A stretch of 64,000 bases of DNA, from positions 1 to 64,000 of the IMG/VR virus record IMGVR_UViG_3300008448_008004. One strand, 5' to 3'. This document shows, piece after piece, positions 9,186-16,098 of the stretch (position 1 is its first letter; each line of letters starts with the position of its first letter). Below the pieces are notes generated by a model. The model did not search any database. It was not told the origin of the DNA and was given only the letters and a program-made list of their open reading frames with translations. The translations under genes and the position numbers were made by a program. Origin of the DNA: a virus.

Positions 9186-9914
9186 TTATTTTAATGATTT
9201 TAATTTTAAAATTCCGTTTATTAATACTTCGACATCTTTTTCGCAGTATTCTACAATTTCAGTTAATCTATTGTGTGACCAGTAAGCTTCGTGAACCATA
9301 CCACCATTTATGGGTCCGTCTTTAGGGGTAGGTATTTCTAAACAGGCACACATCAAATCTAATGAACCAATTGATGAGTAGGCTCCGTATTGCCAAATTT
9401 CTTTAGTGTCAATCGCTTTAACTTCCCAAGGCTTAGTATCGTATGAAGGTAACATTTTGGATGGTCTAATACCATTAATAATCATACGTTTTGCCAACAT
9501 AGGTATATCAAAGTTCTTTAGGTTATGCCCACATAGATAGAAATCTAATTTACTACATCTATCTAAAAGGGTTCTTACTTCCATTAGTAAGTCATGTTCA
9601 TTATCACCTGAAAAACTTTGTTTTTTAACTTCTCCATTCTCCATAACAAATGCGACAGACACACAAACAATTTTCGCAAATTCAGGAACTAGTGCAGTTC
9701 TTTTTGCATATACATCATTCATTTTTTGCATTTCATCTTCCAACCCGTTTGTTTCTACATCGTCTTCAGGGAAACGTTTTAAAAACCAATCAAAGTATTT
9801 AACAAATTGTTCTGCAATTTTTGGATTGGTGTTTTGACAAGTGCTCCAATCTTTACAAATACCGACAGTCTCGATATCTAAAAATAAAATTTTGTTAATA
9901 GGTATGTTTATCAT
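9186..9914 (-). CDS. Stand-alone DEDDy 3'-5' exonuclease (PolB-exo-like)
   Basis: FLDIETV (ExoI), GHNLKNFDIP (ExoII), YCEKDV (ExoIII). Confidence 0.85.
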   Translation of the reverse strand: MINIPINKILFLDIETVGICKDWSTCQNTNPKIAEQFVKYFDWFLKRFPEDDVETNGLEDEMQKMNDVYAKRTALVPEFAKIVCVSVAFVMENGEVKKQSFSGDNEHDLLMEVRTLLDRCSKLDFYLCGHNLKNFDIPMLAKRMIINGIRPSKMLPSYDTKPWEVKAIDTKEIWQYGAYSSIGSLDLMCACLEIPTPKDGPINGGMVHEAYWSHNRLTEIVEYCEKDVEVLINGILKLKSLK

Positions 9915-11125
9915 TTTACTAAGGATTTATATAATTCTGCTCTATCTCTTGTTACTTTATTTAAATCATATGTGTCTTTAACTGTTTCATACAATCTTTG
10001 ACCTAAATCGTATGCGAAGTTAGGGTTATCGATTAATTTTTTCATGTATTTAGCCCAATCACTATGACTTCTTGCTTCATCAACAAGTAATGCATTACCA
10101 TCTGTAAATTCACCATTTTTCATAGCGTGTTTTAAATCGACAGTATATGGACCAACATTAGAGGCGATGATTGCTTTTTTATAGAATCCCGCCTCAATTA
10201 CTTTTAATTGTGATTTAACTCTATTAAAAATGTGATTTTTAATTGGGGCTAATGATACATCAAACCATTTATAGTTATTAGCATAACTTGTTACTGGTTT
10301 AGTCCAAACTCTATTATAGAAAGGTAATTCATCTGATTTATATTCTTCTTCAACAAATTTCATTAAAAAATCTTTATGTGATGGATTAACTAATTTGTAA
10401 TTATCAGTAAATATTTCTTCATATCTTGACCAAACAGTCTCTTCAGGTTTAATATCACGTTGTTTTTGTTCACCTGTTTGTTGATTGATTTCAGTAACCG
10501 TTCCTCTAATATCAAAACCACAAAGATACATACTAAATTTATCTTTTAATGGTGTTAATTTATTCATAGTTCCATCTAAAAGTTTTAAATCGTGAAGGTG
10601 AGATGAACCACCTAACCAACCAAATCTTAACTTATCGGATGGTTCAGTTTTAGCATTAAATTGAGGTTCTTTTGGATTAATCGCATTTGGAAGTACGTAA
10701 ACATTTTTATTAAATTTAGATATTTCTTTTGCAAAAATAGATGTAGTTGTGGTAACATGACCAGCAACTTTTAGGTTATTAATAATTTTTTTATGTAATT
10801 CTGTTTGTATAACCATTTGATGAACTGGATGCTCTTTTGTTGGTAACCAATAATCATCTAAGTCCATTATAGTGACGATACCTAAATTATTTAATTTTTG
10901 AATTAAGTTAACTGAGTTTTCATAATCATGACCAACCGTTCTGTGGAAATGAACTATATCGTATTGTTTCCAATAGTTTAAATCATTAACTTTTGGTTCG
11001 TAATCAATATCAATATGAAATTCATCCGCGTGATTATTTTGTAGACAGACATGTGGGTCAACACTTCTAAATTTCCCAACTCCCGTTTTGTCTGACGGTA
11101 ATACTAAAACTTTTATTTTACTCAT
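9911..11125 (-). CDS. GT-B fold glycosyltransferase (GT4-like)
   Basis: GVGKFR..P, DLDDYW, VLPNAI, GWLGGSSHLHDL, DVSLAPI...FNRVKSQLKVIEAG, IIASNVGPY. Confidence 0.8.
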   Translation of the reverse strand: MSKIKVLVLPSDKTGVGKFRSVDPHVCLQNNHADEFHIDIDYEPKVNDLNYWKQYDIVHFHRTVGHDYENSVNLIQKLNNLGIVTIMDLDDYWLPTKEHPVHQMVIQTELHKKIINNLKVAGHVTTTTSIFAKEISKFNKNVYVLPNAINPKEPQFNAKTEPSDKLRFGWLGGSSHLHDLKLLDGTMNKLTPLKDKFSMYLCGFDIRGTVTEINQQTGEQKQRDIKPEETVWSRYEEIFTDNYKLVNPSHKDFLMKFVEEEYKSDELPFYNRVWTKPVTSYANNYKWFDVSLAPIKNHIFNRVKSQLKVIEAGFYKKAIIASNVGPYTVDLKHAMKNGEFTDGNALLVDEARSHSDWAKYMKKLIDNPNFAYDLGQRLYETVKDTYDLNKVTRDRAELYKSLVK

Positions 11126-11156
11126 ATTATTTTTTTTATAATAAAAGTAATGTATT

Positions 11157-11190
11157 TAAAATAAAAAATCCACCCCTTTTGAGAGTGGAT
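11157..11190 (-). terminator. Intrinsic terminator
   Basis: Minus strand ATCCACTCT-CAAAA-GGGGTGGAT followed by TTTTTATTTT, just downstream of the 11212-11829 gene. Confidence 0.75.
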
Positions 11191-11211
11191 TAACATTACA
11201 ATGTTATTTAT

Positions 11212-11829
11212 TTATTGTAGTTTTTTAATCTTGTTTACTTTACCAACAAACAAGTGATTACCCACTTTAAATTGTATTGTATCGTTAGAATTACTTGTGG
11301 ATTCTACTAACATTCCGGCTTCTTTTAGTTCTTCTCTTACAACGTCTCTTACTGTGTCTCTTACTACATCGCGTATCATAGATTTCATTTCATTCATATT
11401 GAAATTATATGGAGATGATTGTTGTTGGTTAGTTGTTGGAATCTTAACTGATTGTGGTTGTTGAGTAGATGTGTTTTTATTTATATTCATTAATCTTTGA
11501 GCTCCCTCAATAATATCATCACTAATTGCTGCACTACCACCCATAGAACTTGGTTGAACTATCGGTTGTTCAATCATTAGTCTTTTAATTTCATCAGGTA
11601 GTTTTGAATTTTTAATTCTACTTTCATCTAATGGTTGTGTTGGGTCAAAATTTGGTTTTGGTTGTGAAATTTCACCCATATATTCTTGTGGAATATTGTA
11701 AGATGCGTTTGGTGTTTCAAAATTTTCTACCATAGGCATTGATGGTGTTGCGGTTCCTCTTTGTATACCTGAATGAACGTCCATTATTTTTTTTGATATT
11801 GCTAATTTTTGCATTAAATCGTTTGACAT
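11212..11829 (-). CDS. Hypothetical protein (late operon)
   Basis: 205-aa ORF tightly packed in the 13722-11212 operon; C-terminal MIRDVVRDTVRDVVREELKE helix. Confidence 0.7.
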   Translation of the reverse strand: MSNDLMQKLAISKKIMDVHSGIQRGTATPSMPMVENFETPNASYNIPQEYMGEISQPKPNFDPTQPLDESRIKNSKLPDEIKRLMIEQPIVQPSSMGGSAAISDDIIEGAQRLMNINKNTSTQQPQSVKIPTTNQQQSSPYNFNMNEMKSMIRDVVRDTVRDVVREELKEAGMLVESTSNSNDTIQFKVGNHLFVGKVNKIKKLQ

Positions 11830-11830
11830 A

Positions 11831-12232
11831 CTATGCTAAGTTTTCAGTGTTATCGTCAAATTTTGCGTTTACAATAACTCTAACCATTGAATTGTCACCG
11901 TTAGGGTTATATAAAGGTCTGACTTCATTAAACTTATCCCCTTGTAAAGCATAAGTCAATATTTTATCTAATCTAAACATCCTCCAACCTGGAATTGGGT
12001 TGCCCTCAACTTTATTTGAGTGTGATGCTCCTTGTCTTTCCCAAGCTCTCAATACCATATTACCTTTTTTACTAATACCTAAGCAAACTGGTTCAATGTC
12101 ACGATATCCTTTACCGTACTCATCACCTTGGTAATTAATAGTGATTACATTTTTTTGCTTGATGCTTTTTTGAACATCATCAATAGATGCAACTTCCGTA
12201 ATTAGTTTGCTTAAAGTTTTAATTAACTTCAT
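11831..12232 (-). CDS. Stand-alone WYL-domain protein
   Basis: I....VITINY...G.RDIEPVCLG....NMVLRAW....GWRMFRLDKI matches the WYL pattern (R.vEP..L...wyl.a......R.FRlDRI); no HTH present. Confidence 0.75.
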   Translation of the reverse strand: MKLIKTLSKLITEVASIDDVQKSIKQKNVITINYQGDEYGKGYRDIEPVCLGISKKGNMVLRAWERQGASHSNKVEGNPIPGWRMFRLDKILTYALQGDKFNEVRPLYNPNGDNSMVRVIVNAKFDDNTENLA

Positions 12233-12522
12233 GATATGTTATAATAAGGATTGTTTGGTGAAAATTTATTTATTTTTAAATCATCTTTTCTTTCTGCGAT
12301 ATCAGTAGATGTTCCCGCACCTTGATTGTAAACATCTAATTCACCGCCAGTCCCCCTACCAATTTTATCTCCATCTGCTATTGCATCAGGGTGAACTGAT
12401 GAGTATTGGTCCGCGGGATTGAAGTCATTTCTTGGAAATAACTTTTTTCTTTGTTCTTCCGCAATTCTAGATAATTCGTTGTTTGGTTGCGAAAAATCCA
12501 TTTTATCTGATTGAACTGCCAT
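12229..12522 (-). CDS. Hypothetical protein
   Basis: 97-aa ORF with overlapping start/stop junctions on both sides. Confidence 0.7.
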   Translation of the reverse strand: MAVQSDKMDFSQPNNELSRIAEEQRKKLFPRNDFNPADQYSSVHPDAIADGDKIGRGTGGELDVYNQGAGTSTDIAERKDDLKINKFSPNNPYYNIS

Positions 12523-12986
12523 TATAATATTTTTTGATATAGTTTATTCATTAATTTAATTTCTTGTTCCACTCTTACATCTATGTCACTATTTGTTTTT
12601 GTGTGACTATCTAAAGGATTTTTAATTAGTTGGTCTTTTTGGTGAGAGTCAATAAATTGATTTTGCATTCCCGCATTCATTTTTACATTTTTACCACTTT
12701 TATCATTATCTCTCCAAATTCTTAAAACCTCATCACACCAACTTTTCATTCTATCGCCACCATTTAAAATAAACGGGGCGTCCTCTTTTTTACCATTGTA
12801 GTTGTCAAACCAACTTTTAATTCTTTTTATTTGTTGATATGTTGCTTGTTTTGATTGTCTTAGTTGTTGATTTCTATTATACCCCTCAATATTTTGATTA
12901 CCCTGCACAGTACTGAAACAATCATTAAGATGTTTAACTAAACTATCAGGAATTATAGCAATTCTATCGTATAAGTTTTTATTCAT
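12522..12986 (-). CDS. Hypothetical protein
   Basis: 154-aa ORF in a coupled operon. Confidence 0.7.
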   Translation of the reverse strand: MNKNLYDRIAIIPDSLVKHLNDCFSTVQGNQNIEGYNRNQQLRQSKQATYQQIKRIKSWFDNYNGKKEDAPFILNGGDRMKSWCDEVLRIWRDNDKSGKNVKMNAGMQNQFIDSHQKDQLIKNPLDSHTKTNSDIDVRVEQEIKLMNKLYQKIL

Positions 12987-13722
12987 CTTTTAACATTTGC
13001 ATTAAATCTCTTACAGAAACACCATGTTCTTTAGCCATTTTCTTTAATGACCTAATGTTTCTAATTAATAGAGGGTTAATTAAATCTTTTAATTTTCCTT
13101 TTTCTGTATTATTTTCTTCTTTTTCTTTGTTTAACAATACATCCTCATCTATTTCTTTTTCTTTTAAAATTGGTCTACCTACAAATCCTTTTTTGTTTTT
13201 GAATTTAGATTTTTTATCTCTTTCGGGGCTTTTACCAAATTCATCATCAACTCTCACTTCCGCCTTTTCATCATCCATACCCAATTCATCTTTGAAGTAA
13301 TCTAAAGTTTCTTTAGCGTCCATGTCTTTTGTGTCTTTCCATCCAAAAGCTTTGGTCATGTTTTCTTCTTTTACATGACTTTCACCGTAATACCCATACC
13401 ACCCTCTTAACAACGGGTCTCTTGGGTTTCTTGCGGCTGGAACAATTTGGTCTGTTGTTTTTGTTCCCACACCTGTACTTGCGGGGTCCATAATGCGATT
13501 ATTAGATGATAACCATGTTCCGTCATCATCAATTAACTCAGTAACTTCCTGTTCGACAGGTTCCTCATCAGAAGATTTTATTTTTTTTAAAAATATTTCG
13601 TGGGACTTACATGGCATATATTTTCTATCACCATTTTCATTATGATAGTGTGAACCAGTACAACCAAGAGTCTTTGCAACTCTTTCTGCCCTTTCTTCTG
13701 TTGAGTATTTGTACGTTTTCAT
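12979..13722 (-). CDS. Hypothetical protein with N-terminal DUF3721-like Cys/His module
   Basis: YSTEERAERVAKTLGCTGSHYH...YMPCKSH resembles the A....GC.G.H....WMPC signature; preceded by a TATTTAT motif. Confidence 0.65.
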   Translation of the reverse strand: MKTYKYSTEERAERVAKTLGCTGSHYHNENGDRKYMPCKSHEIFLKKIKSSDEEPVEQEVTELIDDDGTWLSSNNRIMDPASTGVGTKTTDQIVPAARNPRDPLLRGWYGYYGESHVKEENMTKAFGWKDTKDMDAKETLDYFKDELGMDDEKAEVRVDDEFGKSPERDKKSKFKNKKGFVGRPILKEKEIDEDVLLNKEKEENNTEKGKLKDLINPLLIRNIRSLKKMAKEHGVSVRDLMQMLKDE

Positions 13723-13736
13723 CTGAGCTTTTACCT

Positions 13737-13762
13737 ATAAATACTCCAAACAAAGTATTTAT
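13737..13762. promoter_or_regulatory. Back-to-back TATTTAT motifs (divergent putative late promoters)
   Basis: ATAAATACT-ccaaacaa-AGTATTTAT lies between divergent starts at 13722 (-) and 13774 (+). Confidence 0.6.
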
Positions 13763-13773
13763 CATAAAAAAGA

Positions 13774-15654
13774 ATGCCTACACAAAATTTAAATACATAT
13801 TATTACCCGAAGTACAAAACTTTTTTGAATTCAAGGCAGTATTTTGATTTGACATTAGCTGCGGATGAAAGGGATTATGACGAGGAGGTTGTATTTTCTA
13901 CAGATATAATTGCGGCAAATGACGGGACAAGATTACCAATCAATTTAGATTTGAACAACACGGATTCTTGCCCTCAACTTACAATGTCTTTTGATGTGTT
14001 TTATAGTGGAGCAACATTACTTTCTAAAAATTATTACAATCCCGATAATTTAGATTTAAATTGTTTATCTGCGTTTACAGGAACTTGTGATATTGGTTTG
14101 ACTGCAACTGACAATGGTTTATATACAGGTATGACAGGTCAGACATTATACTACACTATGGGTATAAGAAATGATTATAAGTTTCACCCACACTATTACG
14201 ATAGAAGAATGAAACTTCACATGGTAACGGGATATACAACATCACCTAATACCGTGTTTTCAGGTAGACCAAAAAATGTCATATACAATATAGTTTCTAA
14301 AACTGAACCAGGTATTGGATATTATCAAGAATTGTATGGTGGGTTTTATCAAGGATTTTATAAATTATTTGGTTATGATTATGAAGTTTTCCCTGAAAGA
14401 ATGAACAAAGGGTGGACTATGGAAACAGTTATTAAACCAAGAATAACTGATGAATACTCAATTAGTGCGTCTACTGAAGAATACTTAAACACAAGATATC
14501 CTGAAAATGCTGGAACGTTTTTTTACTTTGGTACAAGAGCTGAGAATAAATATTATCATTTTGCCGATGGTAAACCTGCCAGTGATAGTGGTTATACAAG
14601 AGTAACTTCAGGTCTAACAAGTTTATCAAGTTGTACTTGTAATGAAACGGGATATACGAATGCAAATTGTGTAAAACTATACCCAACAAGTGCAACAACC
14701 GCATATCATAATATAGGTTGTGGTTGTGGTTCGTGTACAGAACAATTACCTGTCCCACCATTAGACCCTAAATTTGATGTGTTATCGAACGCATTATCAA
14801 TTAGATTTAGTGGTTGTGCTGCAGACCCAAGAGTCTGTGTTAAGACAATTGTAATTACCGGTGATTGTGTTACAACGGGTTCTTGTGAGACAACAGGTTT
14901 AACATGGCAAACAGGTTATACAATAACTGAAGTTTGTAGTCCCCCAATTTATGATGTATGTGATTATATATGTTCAGCAATAACACATGATAGGTGGGTA
15001 ATGGTAACCGCGGTATTTGAAAGGTATACCACAATAGAAGAATGTGATTTATTGAACTTAGGTGGTTTAAATGATATAAGACAAGTCACATATCAATCAA
15101 TATTAAATAACACATCTTATAATTTAATAATGCCACCTGAAACACACTCCGGTGGAACTAAGGAGGATAAGGTATATCGGGTAGTATTTGATAGAAGATG
15201 GTTTGATGATGAGTCATATAGATTAGGCAGATTAAAAATATACATCAACGGGTATTACTTTATGGTTATTGAGAACTTTGAAGAGATAATACCGAGAGAA
15301 TTAAATTGTGAAAAAGAAAAACAATTAGGGGTTCCGTTTAATATATCATGGGGAGGTGGTTCTCAAGGACTCCACGACAATTTAATTTTTTCCGCAAGTT
15401 CAGCAACAACAGGTTCTTATACCCAAGACCCTGAACTTTTCCCAAATGAAATACTTTCAGCGACCACGTATAGTGGATTAACAACACAAATTTTAATGGA
15501 ACAAAATTTTGGTGGGACTTTTATGGGAGGAATATCACAATTTAGAATGTATACCGAGGCATTCAATAGCTCACAGGTTCAACATAATTTTAGAATCTTA
15601 AAAGACCGATTTAATCTTTTTGATTTTTGGTGTCCTAATTGTTTAACAAGTTAA
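13774..15654 (+). CDS. Cys-rich putative virion protein with split LamG/concanavalin-like domain
   Basis: GWTMETVIKP, GTFFYFG, WVMVTAVF, LKIYING, FMGGISQFRMY...SSQVQHNF are LamG-like strands interrupted by Cys/Thr-rich inserts. Confidence 0.6.
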   Translation: MPTQNLNTYYYPKYKTFLNSRQYFDLTLAADERDYDEEVVFSTDIIAANDGTRLPINLDLNNTDSCPQLTMSFDVFYSGATLLSKNYYNPDNLDLNCLSAFTGTCDIGLTATDNGLYTGMTGQTLYYTMGIRNDYKFHPHYYDRRMKLHMVTGYTTSPNTVFSGRPKNVIYNIVSKTEPGIGYYQELYGGFYQGFYKLFGYDYEVFPERMNKGWTMETVIKPRITDEYSISASTEEYLNTRYPENAGTFFYFGTRAENKYYHFADGKPASDSGYTRVTSGLTSLSSCTCNETGYTNANCVKLYPTSATTAYHNIGCGCGSCTEQLPVPPLDPKFDVLSNALSIRFSGCAADPRVCVKTIVITGDCVTTGSCETTGLTWQTGYTITEVCSPPIYDVCDYICSAITHDRWVMVTAVFERYTTIEECDLLNLGGLNDIRQVTYQSILNNTSYNLIMPPETHSGGTKEDKVYRVVFDRRWFDDESYRLGRLKIYINGYYFMVIENFEEIIPRELNCEKEKQLGVPFNISWGGGSQGLHDNLIFSASSATTGSYTQDPELFPNEILSATTYSGLTTQILMEQNFGGTFMGGISQFRMYTEAFNSSQVQHNFRILKDRFNLFDFWCPNCLTS

Positions 15655-15656
15655 TT

Positions 15657-16010
15657 ATGGAATTTTTTATAAAACAAAATACAACTTTACCCATAGTAAA
15701 AATGGATGTAGTTTTTGACGGTAGAACAGATGCTGGTGAAAATTTTTATTCTGTATTAGACAACGCCACTTTAAGGTTTTCTATGGTTAATGAGCAAACG
15801 GGCATCCCAAAAATTCATATGAAACAGGCATATATTGTTGCAAAAGACAAAAGAAATCCTGACTCGCCGTGGGAGTATTACATTTACTATAAGTGGTCAG
15901 GGAAGGACACAAACACCAAAGGAAGGTTTATAGGTGAATTTTTAGTGGTGTTAGAGTCAGGAGAGTTAATATCACCAATCAGAGAAAATCTTTATATCAA
16001 TATTATTTGA
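15657..16010 (+). CDS. BppU-N-like small structural/adaptor protein
   Basis: Likely start is ATG 15657 (MEFFIKQNTTLP); FFIKQN.TLP...Y.W...DT...G.F.GEF.V pattern. Confidence 0.55.
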   Translation: MEFFIKQNTTLPIVKMDVVFDGRTDAGENFYSVLDNATLRFSMVNEQTGIPKIHMKQAYIVAKDKRNPDSPWEYYIYYKWSGKDTNTKGRFIGEFLVVLESGELISPIRENLYINII

Positions 16011-16037
16011 CAAGGGTAAATTTTACACTTATATTTA
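16006..16037 (+). promoter_or_regulatory. Host-sigma (early/middle) promoter for DNA polymerase
   Basis: TTTGACA-N17-TATATTTA fits both TTGACA/17/TATAtT and the Bacteroidota TTTG-N20-TAnnTTT(G) consensus. Confidence 0.65.
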
Positions 16038-16098
16038 GGACGAAGGTAAATGTTACATTTATGTGACAGCTAATACACCAAACTTAAATATAAAAATT

